A stretch of DNA of 48,844 nt, filler included, from Catajapyx aquilonaris (lineage: Eukaryota), in the NCBI GenBank assembly GCA_000934665.2. It is 2 parts of 2 records of this genome, joined end to end, with 100 filler letters (N's around TTAATTAATTAA, not from the genome) between each part and the next. Parts side by side here need not be neighbours in the genome. Positions count along the whole stretch, not along the records: positions 1 to 24,378 come from JYFJ02005527.1; 1 more part is not named here. The stretch is one strand, 5' to 3'. The notes beneath the pieces were generated by a model that searched no databases, had not been told where the DNA came from, and was given only the letters and a program-made list of their open reading frames with translations. Below are positions 11,030 to 24,378 of the stretch, one piece after another; position 1 is the first letter of the stretch; every line of letters begins with the position of its first letter. The translations under genes and the position numbers were made by a program.

Positions 11030-11270
11030 TTTCCTACTGCGCATGCGTTTCATACCTGCCTTCAATCCGATTCGACATTTCTAGTTCAATCTGCTTCGTG
11101 ATTGGTTGATTTTCAAAGCAGCGTCATTGTACAAATTGGCCGAAAGATGGCTCTCCAATCTCGGCTATTTATTTTACAAAATCGGTTCATTGCCACTGTT
11201 TTATAAATTTGCACATTTTGAAGGTATTAAAACAATATTTACAACATGGTTTTTGAGCCAATTGGCGTGT
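11030..11270. promoter_or_regulatory. Promoter-like motif cluster (NRF1/Ewg-type site, several CCAAT boxes, YY1-like site)
   Basis: TGCGCATGCG 11038-11047; ATTGG/CCAAT at 11101, 11135, 11155 and 11258-11265; AAGATGGC 11144-11151; lies just upstream of the minus-strand exon-like segments. Confidence 0.4.
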
Positions 11271-12005
11271 GCTGTTGTCATATATTTCCGAGTATATTTC
11301 GGATTTCCGAAGCCACACCACTCTCCTCATGGACGCACGGTCGCAAAGTCGCGCTTTCCAGATCGCGCTTCGAGATGATTTTGTTTAAACTGTAATAGTC
11401 CAAAATAATGAACTTCGCAATTTAAATGAGCCGATAAATTTAAAACAAAACGAGCATCAGGCTTGTAGGACGATGTATTGCAGGAATGAGAGAGTGACCC
11501 TCTGCGCTTTGCCTCTGCGTAGGCCACGGGTGTAGGCCTTATTTATATAGCTGACATGACCTTGACCCGCAGATCCTGCGTTTTCTCTAGAAGCTGACCA
11601 CAGGAGACAGCACGATACAGACTGATTACTGGCCAAAGACGTATTTTTACATCGTCAATTTGTAAATTTCATACAGCACCTGATGGGAGTCCTTCAAGCC
11701 TTTCAAAACCTTATTTCCGGAATACTAATCCTTAATGTGTCAATAATTATACTAATATTACAATAATTGCAAAATGTAAAGTGCAAAATGACGGGCACTA
11801 ATAAAATTTCTGTGAAACATAAGTTTTGTATTAATTCTCCGTCGACTAGGATTTGCTTACTTCACGCGACGTGGTATTTATGTTTATCCCTATAATTACT
11901 AGGTGCAGAGACTTGTGCACAATCTGAACCAAGATGCTCCACAGCTGTCATCAAAAATAAACAGCCGACCAAGGTCAGGTGATGATCTGGTACAGTATAA
12001 GTATA

Positions 12006-12334
12006 CAGGGTGACCATAAATAGTCTCCAATGCTGATTACAGATGAGCTTCATTGGTACCGATGAAAGACAACCGAGTGGTGGTAATTCTTCTTTGTGGA
12101 TCGCGAGGGGAGAGATATCCGAAGAGATCAATAAGCCATAGTGATGGATCGAAAATTTGCTCATTGACCTCTCAGGATGTCTCCTATTGAACACCACTTC
12201 CCTCTGCATCCATCCCTCTCTTCCACATAGAAGAATTAACACCACTCGGTCATATTTTGTCAGTGCAAAAGCTCACCTGCATTCTAATTCAGAAAACAAT
12301 ACTGCCATTGGTTCCAGACTTTATGGCCACCCTG
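12006..12334. mobile_element. Degraded Tc1/mariner-type MITE
   Basis: TA|CAGGGTGACCATAAA ... TTTATGGCCACCCTG, with internal inverted ACCGAGTGGTG/CACCACTCGGT. Confidence 0.6.
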
Positions 12335-15327
12335 AATAATAAATCATGGCTCTGAGTTTTGTAAAATTTGGATTGAAGAACAAGATTGGAGAACAATCCA
12401 CTAATCACTAATGTAAGTTGGTAACTTCCTCTACAAGTGAGAATTAAAGTAAAGATCAAAGGCAAACACTCAAAGTACAAAAGTTTTTAAACTGACATAA
12501 ATATTTACTGTTTGAGGCTCAACAACACTGCTCAAGATACATGGTTATCACAATATTTCCAAATAGTGTACAACTACAGCAGCGTCTAATTACAAGACAA
12601 AGAGTTGTACGGTACATGGTAGAAAACATTTTGTACAACAAGTAATAGTTAGATATCCATGAAATAGGATACAGTATCTATACAGCTAGAGTCTTAAAAA
12701 CCCTACCTTATTAACATTCATATCGTGACACGTGATTATTCTTACCACAAAACAATTCCATATACATAAAATGAATTGTCCCCAATTTTACAGCATCCGA
12801 GTTGAGGGAAAGTTTGTCAAGACCCTCCACCCCTCCCCCTCCCATACTCTGTTGAGACCATATGATACATAATATTTGGGAGGATTATGTGCCACTCATT
12901 TTTATGGTGCGAAAGAATCACAGCACAAAAATTTCATCGAGAGGGAATCCTAAATATTTATGGGTATGGGGCCCTGCAAACTTGAAAAATGAAAATAACA
13001 GTGGTTCTTTACGAGGTTAATCTACAAACATGCAGCTTGCCTTTGGTTCCAGTAGAATTTATGGACAGGTGCAGGAACTTTTCCCACTTTACCTGCGAAT
13101 ATAAAGTCTACCTAAACCAAAAGCATTGAAAGAGCTCGCTTGAGACTTTCCCTCTTCAATATTTGTGGTATATGCTGCACAACATCCGTATGACAACATG
13201 AGCCAGTTTCAAGTTGCTCCCTAAGCCATCACATTAATGAGCCACAAGTGTGTGTGTGTGACTTCCACATGCCACGACCAAGCCCCAGGAGGCATTCAAT
13301 AATTTAATAAGCAAATGGTGATCTATGCTTGACGCCAACATATTTATATTCCCAAGAAGCACTAATTCCAGCCAGTAGTTGAAATAAGCGAGTTGTACAT
13401 TGTCAGTACCAGTCGAATAATCAAAATGTTTACTGTCACATATCAAATTGTCCTCATTCTCTTTATATGCCACAACAACAATCAGGTTCCAGTGGAACCA
13501 TAAAGCATTACCAAATTATATGTATGCCCTAGTCGACATTCCACGTTTGCCTACATTAAAATTCTGTCACTTGGTTCACACAAGGGAAAGCTGAAATTAA
13601 TCATTTACCAGAACACACGTGGGTAGATTACTCTTGTTACTGGGACCGTACCATGTCTTTGGTGTTGGTCCATTTCAAGCACTACCAACTAGGCCCGCAT
13701 ATCTTCCTCTGGTGCTTGGGCGTGACAGTTGAGTGTCAAATATGACTTTGCAATTTGCTTTTCGTTGAGCCATATGTAGAGGCATCAACAAATTTCTGCA
13801 CACAAAACAGCCAAGAAAACCTTTCCACGTAGGTCAACATTTGTTCCATGACAGTTACACTGCAGGTCAGGGAGACAGGGGATACGCAACTATGATATGG
13901 AAGCCAACAACGATCTGTGAATAAGTCATCGATCCCATTTATGAGACTTTAACAGTTCTTTGGTGGAAACGAAAATATGATATGCAGGATTACAACTAGG
14001 GAAGTTGCTGCATTCCTACTGCAAATATTTTAAAGGTACGCAATATTGCAACAGACTGGTAATAATGTAATTCAGTACTGTGAAATATTCAACAAAAACC
14101 ACAGTTTAAAAAATTAAGAATGGCATATGTTGGTAGGCTGTTCCCAGCCTTGAAACTGCAATCTAAACTGTAATTTAAAACCTTATATGCATCATTAGAC
14201 CTTCTGAGGTAACTTCAAAGGAAACTGCCTTTTGTAATGGAGTGTCTATGAAAAGCCATGTATTCACACCAAGCAGAAGGTAGAATTATTCCACCCCATT
14301 AAAATGCAAGATTGTAGGCACTGTAGTCTCTTACTACTTGGATAATAAATTATGTATTATGTACCATACCAAAAAATTCCGCAACTTCATCACACTATCA
14401 CCAATACAAAAAAAGTTACAATCTTGACGTTTGTCACACGAAGTCATGCATGCCACAAAGATTCTTTCCCTTTCTGCAGTACGATAAGACTGTGATATGA
14501 TAAGATTCCACTAAATTTCTGCTTTCATTTTTATTGTCTCCATGACTTCAGTATGCATTTTACTCTTCATTAACCTTTGGTTGAGGCATTTCAGTCTTTT
14601 GGACCAATAGCTTGCATCATAATTTGGACTCCACATCACCTAGTCAACAGTCAGTTTCTTGCAAAGTTAACTTTCTGTCTTCTTGGAAAGCATGACATCA
14701 AACTGTGTACTAATGGACATTGGGGGCAGTTGTTCATATTGCATGAGATAAACGTATCATTTTCACATGGGTAAGAGAGGCAAGACAGGCCTCCAAGTCC
14801 TTGTTGACTTCCTTGTAATTAATTTTCCCCCTAACTTTCCAAGTCTCCCAAGGTACACCGGCAAACATTCATATGTGCACACATGCACACCCACACAAAA
14901 CACATCATTCTCAATTTAATATCAATGAGACAGCTGCAAAATCACAATTACGAGGACACAATGAAGAAAAAATCAGTGAGTTAGAATAAATACCTCTGAC
15001 AAAAATGGCAAATTTTATGAACTCCAAGTGGATGCTACCGAGACAGATCAACAAACAAGTTTAAGCTTGTAACAAAAGATAACAGTATAACTATATTAAA
15101 ATGATAAATTGTTCATTTGCATTGTAAAATATGCAGACTGTGTCTACAGTACAACCTCTTCTTAGGAATCCACATAATGTGAGGAGACACCATGCCTGCT
15201 GTCCTCATCCTATTCTCATAAAATAAGACTCTTCTGTACAATATTTACAAAATAGCTTCGGACGACCTTCAGTCCTGTACATGTGCACAGCACTCTTTGA
15301 AGTTGGACAACTGTGGTAGTTCATCTC

Positions 15328-16444
15328 TCACACTTGTGACTTCTCTGGTGTGTCCCTAGTGTTCACAACGAGGACCTCGCTGATTGGTCGCTTACAGTCA
15401 GGCTCCCCGTTGCACTTGTCATAGTAATACTTGTTGACCCTCAACTTGGGGTCCTTGTATGAAGTCACACTTGGCTGATACGGGGTGTAAGAAGCCTTGG
15501 GGCCTTCTGAGCTGATCACCAACTTCTTCTGTAATCGCTTTCGCCACTGTCTGATGACATACCCAGCAACTACCAAAAGTAACACGACGAAAAACAATAT
15601 GGCAATGAGCACAATGCAGAAGGGGTCTAGAGCCACTGACGGTGGGCTGGATGGTGGCAGCTTCTCCACTTGGAAGACATCTGAAAATTAAATTCATACA
15701 AGTGTAAGGCTAACAACCATTTACAGTTTGACATATAGGTCAAATAAGGCAAGAATGGTAGCAATATCAATGGAAACATTTTCTCATCCAATCAACAGCA
15801 ACCCCTGGAATGTTTCTTGGGCACTATATTCACTGATGTGCCAATAGTAAGGAAAGCATGCCTTGCCAAGAGGATGTCAGTGAGTTAGGATCGTGGACCG
15901 CAAGAAAGGATTTGGTTGACCTAGCAGAGTGTAACACAACTAAGTCATAAGTTATTCAAACTGGCAAAAATTTTGTGGGCTTCCATGTGTGTCAAGGTGG
16001 TACTCCTATACCCCAGTATTAATCATGTAGTACTGCTAGCGACATTGTCCAAACCGGCAGAATAACTAACCAAAGCAATGCAATAGAGCAAAAGCCGTGG
16101 AAGCAAGATTCGTTCTTCTGCCACTTCGGAAAATGCAAATGCAGAAAGAGAACAAAGGTGCAATTCCACACAGGGAACTCCTCGGCAATGCAAATGTGAG
16201 CTCAGTTCCATAATGTCAAATTGGCATAGTGTAGTGTGTGTAGACCAGAAGGATGGTCACAGAGCTGGCAGTTAGGAAATTGTCCCTGAGTGCAACAATC
16301 CATCATTTTCAGAAGGCACATGTTTAACCCTCGGACGGTGACGTGGGCACTTTTTGTGACCAACGACCCTTTTTTTGCTATAACTTGGCAAATTTAGGAC
16401 ATTCGAGATTCATCTTTGAGAACATTAAATTTCCACACCCTGTA

Positions 16445-16504
<60 letters not shown>

Positions 16505-19500
16505 AGTACCCCATTCTCAGGCCTTGGGCCCTTATTAGGGGAGTGGAATACCACTATTTTGGAACCATATAATGTATATATGTTAATTGTTCCAAGGGTA
16601 AGTAGGAGGGATGTGCAAAGTGCAAGTGCAATGTCGCATATTGGTCATTTTGTGAACTCCCCCCGGGTGGATTAGTCTAGCGGACATTTCCACCCGAGAC
16701 GAAGTCAGAGATGGCCCAACTCTGCACGAGATGAAGGGGGGAACCCCGAGCTGGGATCGAACCCGGGACCTTAACATCTGTGGGCGCATACGTTACCGCA
16801 GCACCACTCCGCCTCCCCCACACCCTGTATGCCGCTGTATACTATACTGTAGTGTCTATTTCAAACAGCAAGTTTCACAGATAGTATAAAAAATTAATAT
16901 ACAGCAGTTACAGCATGGAAGTGACATTAGCATTTCACCAGTATTCAATGAGGGTCATTCTGAAAGTTTTGATAGACTCAATTAAGTGCCACTTTCTGAA
17001 AATATTCCTCCCTAGAATACTGTATTGTAGGTACAGTTTAATATTCCTGAATACCATACTTAGGGTGTCACAGCAAGTGTCCCTCTTCAGCATTGTCAAA
17101 ACAGTGGCTATACAATTTCTCTTTCATTCTCAGGAACACCAATAAGTTTAATAGTATGCTAAGGTGGTAGGTGAGAAGTCAAACTGAGGAACTCTCCTGG
17201 AAGATCACCATTGCTGTTACTGTGTGCAGTGAGCTCTTGGTGGAACTAGCAGTCCTGCCTAGAGGGGGCCATTTCGTTTCAACTAGGGGCGGCATGGTGG
17301 TCTAACGGTTACGCCGTTGGCCAGCCAAGCGGGAGGCCGGGGTTCAAATCCCGTCCCCGTCACCTCGGCTTGGCCGGGTCTTTTTCCGCTTTTCACCCGA
17401 CATGCCGGGGCAGAATGCACTCCCTATCTGCCCGGGGCCAGTAGAAAAGGCCTGGTGTATTTTCATAAGTCAGAAATGACTAAAAATTTCAGCGCCTTCC
17501 CTAGGGAACCACCCCCTTCCCCTCTAAGAGAGCCACTGGCTCTATCACGGGGTAAATTTTTAAAAAAAATAAAAATGGTCAACTATGAGTAAAAGTGGTC
17601 ATGTGCGCATGTGTGTAGATCTCACAAAACTACAGGCTCTGGCGGCTGTCTCTCTCTTCCCACGTATCATCTTAAAGAAGTGGGCGTTTGTTGAAAAGTA
17701 TCCCAAAGGAGCGGCCAATTTTTTGTCACATGCAAGTAGATGGTACAGGCTTATGCTTGTCGCAGTAGGAAGGCGTGGAGAAGCGAGGATTTTTTTATGC
17801 CCCTCGTTTAATAGAGGAAACAAAGTTCGAAACACAGGGGCTGGGGAAAGTGCCCCCATCACTTCTATATTTTCCCCAAAACTAATTAGGCGGATTTTTC
17901 CAGTCAAGGAAGGACTAGCCTGGTCAGCCAAATAAGAATGTCAGACACCGATAAGCATTTCCAGAAAAGGGAGCTGAATTGTAAAGTGTGCCCTTTTCTC
18001 TGACAAAAATTTCAATAACTAAAGGTCAATATTGGATCCGCCATTTTTAATTTTGCATTATTTGAAACAAATTTGAATCCAGCAACCAGAGAAACCCCCC
18101 AATGCCAATTTTAGGTTCAAAGTGAGCAATTTTTGGGTAACACATCCCCCATATTGGATCTGCCATATTGAATTTCGCATTTTTAGCAACAGATCTGAAT
18201 TCAGCAACAAAAACTACCTCTGGAAACCTTCTTTAGTCACTATTACGTAATTTTGTTAGCCGATTTAGGATTATGTCTTTTTTTTCTGATTCGGTCTGGC
18301 GGCCAGGGGGCATGGTCGTATTGGCATTGGATGCAAAGCTATGAATACATCACATGAAAGAGCCTCACGATAGTACACACAGACCAGCTCCTTTTTTGTT
18401 GATTTAGGAGGAATTTACGGGGTACCATCAGTCCAAAAAGAATTCTCCCTCGCGTCGAGCGGGCAGCCACGCGTCAGGATGAAAGCAACCAGTTAACTGG
18501 TTCCTTTCATCCTGACGCGTGGCTGCCCGCTCGACGCGAGGGACAATTCTTTTTGAACCGTTGATACCAGGTGAAGTGGATACGATATAATATACACTAT
18601 TTATGACAGAGTGACCACATTTGAGGGGTTTGATGGAAAAACGTAACAACCCTCAAAAGTGTAATTTTCCAGGAGAGCAAATTGAAGTTTGCACTCTCAC
18701 CACAAGTCATAGGGAATGCAGGTTTTGGTCTAGTCTGTGTTGCTGTCTCATGCATGATATGTGAACTTGGAGTAGGGCCTATAAGGTACCAAACTGTTTG
18801 TCATGTCTTGTACATAGTTTCTGGGTGTTCAGTTCAAAAATGGCACAAATGAGGGTTGCCGCATTTTCCCACCACACCCCTCATTTGATGTATGAGGGTC
18901 AGCCAATGTACGTATTCTCAATCTGACAATTGTGGCTTCGAACTGCTCCCCAATCCCCATGATTTGGCTTCCTCTGACTACCATGGACTACATCCTGTTC
19001 CCAAAGGACTCATTTTACCAGTGACAGTGACAATCGTGAGGTGTGGGTATTCTCCATCATTAGAAGAGCCCACATTTTCACCATCTCATGTGTCCAATAC
19101 TCCATGTGTAATGAAGCAGTCGCAATGAAACTTTGCAGATGCTGGTCTAAAGAGTGCCACTGCAATTTAGTGGCAGCATGCCTTCATATGTCAACTCCTA
19201 TGTCAGGCCGAGAATACATTGACTGACCCTTGTAAACGCCACTTCACCTGGTTCCCAGTAGACTTCTCTCCCAACAAAATGGGTGGACTATGTGTGCAAT
19301 CTTCGTATCCCTATACTACTGTATATCTGATCTAGTCTTGTTTCAGATCAGCTTTGACAGCTTCAATATTGACTTCTGTCACTGAAGTTACAGCAANNNN
19401 NNNNAATCCCCCCCCCCCCCCCCCCCCTCTCTCTCACACACAAATATTAATGCAACACCAGAAGTGTTTTATCTCGGCAACCTAAACTGCCCTAGCCATC

Positions 19501-22500
19501 CAGATAAATCCTGATGGTGGACCACGATTGCAATAATTTCTATCATTACACATCATAAGAAGCCAGAACCATTTTTTTCCTGGCCCTGACAAATGAGAAA
19601 AAGCCTGCAATGCAGCCAGTGTTAAGCTTAATGGAAAAATATCTCTGTATAGGCCCTGAATTGCAAGGGGTTTCCAAACTTCTGACATTGTCAATGACTT
19701 GCTGCTAAGCCATGGGCATCTGTGGTCAACGGGTGAATCTGTTTTCAGCAGGCTAGGCCCACATGGAGTTGTTACAAAGGGTGGACTGATTCAACCTAAT
19801 ATCAACAGTAACAGTTTAACCCTCGGATGACATGAGAAATGTTCCTCCTCCGGTGACATGGGGGCATTTTGCCCCCAAATGTATTTTGACTTTTTTTCCG
19901 CACCTTCAAGCAATACTTAGCGTCTTTTGTGATATGGTACAATGGCGCAATAAGTGCAGATATTGTGTTTGGCGAAAAAAGTGGATTTAATTGACTCACC
20001 GTATCTTAATCCTCCGAAATGTGCCCCCCNCCCCCTGCACCAACACATATTCATCACTCCCTGCCACCTCTCCCCTGCTGCCTTTACTCTATGCATAATT
20101 TCGTAGTTAATTTTTTTCTGATTGCGGTAATTGCTCTAAAATTTCAAACTAAATGCCAATATTTGTGTCAATAACCAATTGAAGAAGTTCGAAAAGGTGA
20201 AACGAAAATGACCAAAACTTCTTGAGTTACAATTTAAAATGTGATGCTGGGGTCAAAATGCCCCATGTCACCAACGGAGGGTTAAACACTTAAAAAATTA
20301 CTGCCACATAATGAGCCTTTGAGCCTTCTTCATTACAACTGAAATTCCTCAACTACCTCCAGAAGATTTCCAAAAAGGCCCCCATTGATTTAAGTTCATG
20401 GGCAAAGTTTAATAATGCTACATTCAGATAAAAATGATTTCATTTGTTGTTCCAATTCCCTCTCCCCATATTTTACACTGTAGATGAGAATTTTTTAAAT
20501 AGCTCAGGCGAAGCCCAACCTTGCTCCCCCTCCCCCCTCCTCTAGCTGCAGGCTTGAATTTAGTTGACCAAAATATGAGAATATAGCACTGAAACAACTA
20601 AACACTGTTAGAATGGGTCATAAGCCTATGTTTTGCTCACAGTTCATACCTCCAGTATCTCCATGATCCAGTATGGTTTTGGTTGATCCCTTGCTGCCTG
20701 CAGTTGGTCCATATATTTTCTCCCCCATCTGGGATTCTAAAAGGGGGGGAAAATTCACAGAGCTTGACATATATCTTATTGCTGACACCAACACAACATA
20801 TGGTTACAGAGGGATCCATTGATCCTCATTGGCACATTCCTTGTAAGCATGCAACTTTACCTAAACACACAGGACAGCAACGGCCAGGAATCTTGGTTGG
20901 ATTGGGGCACAGTACAGAACACACTTTTACTGTGCATGTAACTTGTGACTGAGAACACTGGCAATGAGTACATTCATCTGTCATCCATGTCTCACCAGAA
21001 GCATATGTTGTGTTCTCATGCTGGCATGTGTCAATCATGTTGTGCTCTGGTTGAGAGAAAAGTGTCCCGAGAGACTTATTGTCATTCTTATTGTCATTTA
21101 TGCTATGGTATCAGTAATGATTTGTACATTCATACAGTAAGTTACAGGTTACAGAGTAGGCCTATGGCAAGTGTTGGAATCTGCCTGAGGTTCAGCACCA
21201 CAGTTTTGTGTTTTAAGACTGGAGCAGCAAGACTACTAGTATATATATATATTATGTGCAGACACTCTTCAATTCTGCTACAGTATAGCTGCTCTGGAGG
21301 TAACATGCAGACAAATACCTGTGCTGGAATCTTTAAAATGGCAGCATATCTGTAGCATAGGCTACTACTGAAATACAGAAGTTTATACCCCTATGCCACA
21401 GATGAGTTGGGTCCTTATCTTACCTCAGGGTGGAATTGCATCATCTCACCACAACATACACATGTCATGTGTAGTAAAGAGAAGAACATGAGTTGTCGTG
21501 ACCAGCCAGTCAATTCACTGTTTTCAAAGTGGAATATATCTCATTCCCAAGGTGTCCTTCACAATGTACAGGACATTCGCATTCGACAATCCCATCATAC
21601 ATGATAAGGCAGTAATATTGTCCACCACTGGTCCTTTTCCATCAATGCGGAAACAGCACTCACCAGTAGTTCCTCATTTGCCCTGGGATATCCTGGCCCA
21701 GTCTCATCTGTCACTTTTTGCCTTGCCTTGAAACCATTATGCAGATGCCCCACAAGCCTCTGCAAATCTTTCATGACATAGGAGTGGTGTATGCCCTCTG
21801 GAAATTTCATTCTTTAATCAGCACCATTGCTCGAATTTTGAAAACATCAGGTACAGACAGGTTGGTCACGACAGCTCCTGTCCTCATTTGTACTGTGCAT
21901 GCATATGTTGCGGTGGGATGTTCCTATTCATCCATGAGGTTAGATAAAGATCCAACATGTGGTATAAAAGTCGCGCATTTCACCCTACAGATGTTAACAC
22001 TATTAAAATTCCTGCCCTTATATTATACATAAGGAGAATAAGATGAGGACTGGGATGCACCCTTACTTGAAAACCCAACTTATACTGTGTAACCTGTTAC
22101 ATTACGTAACCTGACATATGGATTCACCTAGGCAAATAGAGCAGCACTGGTTTTTCCGTAGGACTGGCCGGGAGCAGGTAACTGGTGGGCACTTGTCATC
22201 ATAGCAAGTTGTATTTCCTTGACGACATAAGCAACTTTTACATGGCCCTGCCCGCCACATGTCTCCGTCCATGTACTTTCCATCTTCATTTCTCCCATCA
22301 GGACAGGATGGCTTTTGTTGGGTAGCAGGAGTCATGCGGAAAAATGGGCATGATGGACAACACTCGCCTTGCTTTATGTGAGCATTTGGGCATGGGGCTG
22401 GTGGACATATTTGAGTATCACATAATACCTGTAATAGGGAGAATTACCATAAGATAAAATGGCCAACTGCAAGATTTTAATGTTATATAATTATTTACTT

Positions 22501-22842
22501 GGCCATGATGACAGATACACTCTGTGCAAGGACCCAGGGACCATGTCTCTCCTTCCACTCGATATGAACCATCCACAGAATGACATACTGTGACATTTGG
22601 CTTGACCAGCTGGAATTCATCTAAGGAAAAAGCAATGTCTGTAGTGAAATATACTTTATGGACCAAAGGTATTCAAAAATATGTACCTGGACATCGTGGA
22701 CAACACTCCCCATGATGCAAATCTGGTGCCTTGCACTTGGGGACAGGACATGCAATTAGTGTACACATTTCTACCCCACCATGACAGTAGCAGATGTGAC
22801 ACCCATCAGACCACATTTCACCTTCTTCATGTCTGTGCCCCT
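15328..22842 (-). CDS. CRIM1: Cysteine-rich motor neuron 1 (CRIM1/crimpy-like), 3' part; exons 22842-22687, 22620-22499, 22428-22128, 21046-20861, 15680-15328
   Basis: All introns are GT-AG and phase-consistent. Four vWC modules (GEMWSDGCHICYCHGGVEMCTLIACPVP; YRVEGETWSLGPCTECICHHGQVLCDTQICPP; DGDMWRAGPCKSCLC..PVLRKNQCC; SGETWMTDECTHCQC..PGRCCPVC) correspond to CRIM1 vWC3-6, followed by a TM helix (FCIVLIAILFFVVLLLVVAGYVI) and a cytoplasmic tail ending KSQV. Upstream exons were not found before the linker. Confidence 0.92.
16446..16817 (-). mobile_element. tRNA-derived SINE, family C, in a CRIM1 intron
   Basis: B box GGTTCGATCCC, (TAA)n tail, 13-bp TSD CCACACCCTGTAT at 16433-16445 and 16818-16830. 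Confidence 0.88.
17286..17575 (+). mobile_element. tRNA-derived SINE, family E
   Basis: A box TGGTCTAACGG, B box GGTTCAAATCC, shared structured tail; related copy at 33204-33430. Confidence 0.82.
18418..18571. repeat. Spacerless palindrome (probably a collapsed mariner-type MITE)
   Basis: Arms 18434-18494 and 18495-18555 pair at 59/61 positions around a central GTTAAC; outer arms are more diverged. Confidence 0.85.
18900..18995 (+). pseudogene. Mariner transposase remnant (C-terminal motif)
   Basis: GFELLPNP---HDLASSDYH resembles the mariner motif GFE.LPHPPYSPDLAPSDYHLF. Confidence 0.55.
19820..20281. mobile_element. piggyBac-like MITE
   Basis: TTAA|CCCTC...GAGGG|TTAA; subterminal GTGACATGGGG-CATTTTG.CCC in inverted orientation. 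Confidence 0.75.
21450..21840 (-). pseudogene. Degraded mariner transposase N-terminal (HTH) fragment in a CRIM1 intron
   Basis: EQWC*LKNEISRGHTPLLCHERFAEACG.../DETGPGYPRANEELLVSAVSALMEKDQWWTI.../GLSNANVLYIVKDTLGMR; contains frameshifts and stops. Confidence 0.6.
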
Positions 22843-23171
22843 CTGAAATTAAAAGTCAATTATGTGCAAGTGAGTGCATTATAAAAAAATAACAGGTGAA
22901 ATTTTTTTAAATACACATTTAATTATTTTGATAAGTCATGCCCAACCCCACCCAAAAAGGGTCGATTATCCATCAGATGCAGGGGTCCTTATGCCAAAGC
23001 CTGGTATTTGTAACAGATTTATCAATCCCAACTAATGTTAAGAATATTGGATCAGGGTAATTTGGATACCTGGATACCTGCACTAGTAGCAGGCATGTAC
23101 CCAATTTAGGTCCAATGCCTCTTTTTGGACTTGACAGGTATCAATATGCAGCACAGATGTATGCCATTATA

Positions 23172-23382
23172 CAGGGCGTTTAAAGTATCAGCATCATTTT
23201 TGTTATTGATCATTGATCAATATTAAATGTAGCTATTTTTGTGACGCTTGTTACGCCCTGATCCAGGTTATTCCCAGGTGGCCTAATAGGGTACCTGGAT
23301 CTGGGAGCAACAAGCTACACAAAAATAACTACAAAGAGTGATTTCCCATAACAAAAGTGACCTGCACACTTGGAACCCTCTG
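23172..23382. mobile_element. Old Tc1/mariner-type MITE
   Basis: TA|CAGGGCGTT...AACCCTCTG|TA with a degenerate internal palindrome. Confidence 0.45.
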
Positions 23383-24378
23383 TACAAAAGTATATCTTGT
23401 GACTTGTGCATTACATACAGCTCGAGTTCCTCAGACAAATATAGGGGGATCCAAATTATTCACTTTCCATATCAATTAGAAATTTTTGCATGAAATAGTT
23501 CATTACAATAAGCATTTACTACTACAAGGAGTTTCACTAGGTAGCCCCCCCTCCCCCCCCCCCCCCAAGAATCAGCCATATTTTCACTAAGCTAGGTAAA
23601 TGATTCTTGAAGGGATATTATTATATTGTATACTGTAGAGGGCCCTGCAGAGGGGGGGGCAGCTGGGTACACTTGCCCCGGGCCTCAGTACGGCCAGGGG
23701 GCCCCGCCAGGGGCCCCAGGCCGTACTTATTCAACCAGCCGACAGAAACTTACTGGGAAAAATACCCAATCCCAATGGCGTCTTAACACATTAGGGCCGA
23801 ATCATTTCTGGAGGCCCCATTTCAATAGTGACTTATAATTCCCAAATTTTGGCAATAATAATAATAATAAAAAGCCAATTTGGGGCCCCTATTTAGGTTG
23901 GGGACTCGGGGCCCTATAATTCAATACCGGCTCTTAAATGGCAATTTTTTCCAATAGAAATTCGCCAATTTGGGGCCCCCTGTTTCAGTCGGGGGCTATT
24001 GGAGCCTCTCCATATGCAAGGATTTGATCAGACATTCAGACTTGCCCAAACACTCACTAAGTCTCACCCTGAAAATGCAACCACTCAAGATGTGGGGAAA
24101 AGGAAAAGGGGCTTGCCTACATAGAGTACAGTTCTGTTTAAAGGGGAACCTAGCCGAAATTTTGAAGGCCTTAAAATGAGCCCTTGGCGAATAGTTTTTG
24201 GTTAGTAAAAGTGGTCAAAACCCAATGAAAATAATTACGTACATCAAAAGACGGAGGAAGACGATTAGAATGCAACAATAAAATTAGCTTTACTCGAATA
24301 TGTAACCAGAAAACCGTGTGTCATTCCATCGGTCACATATCTCATAATTTGGGCCCCCTAAAATTAGTGATGAATCTG

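Noticed and set aside
16343..16675. Poly-Tyr ORF
   Set aside because: Translation of the (TAT)n tail of a SINE.
19397..20030. Short N runs next to poly-C tracts
   Set aside because: Assembly uncertainty at homopolymers, not biology.
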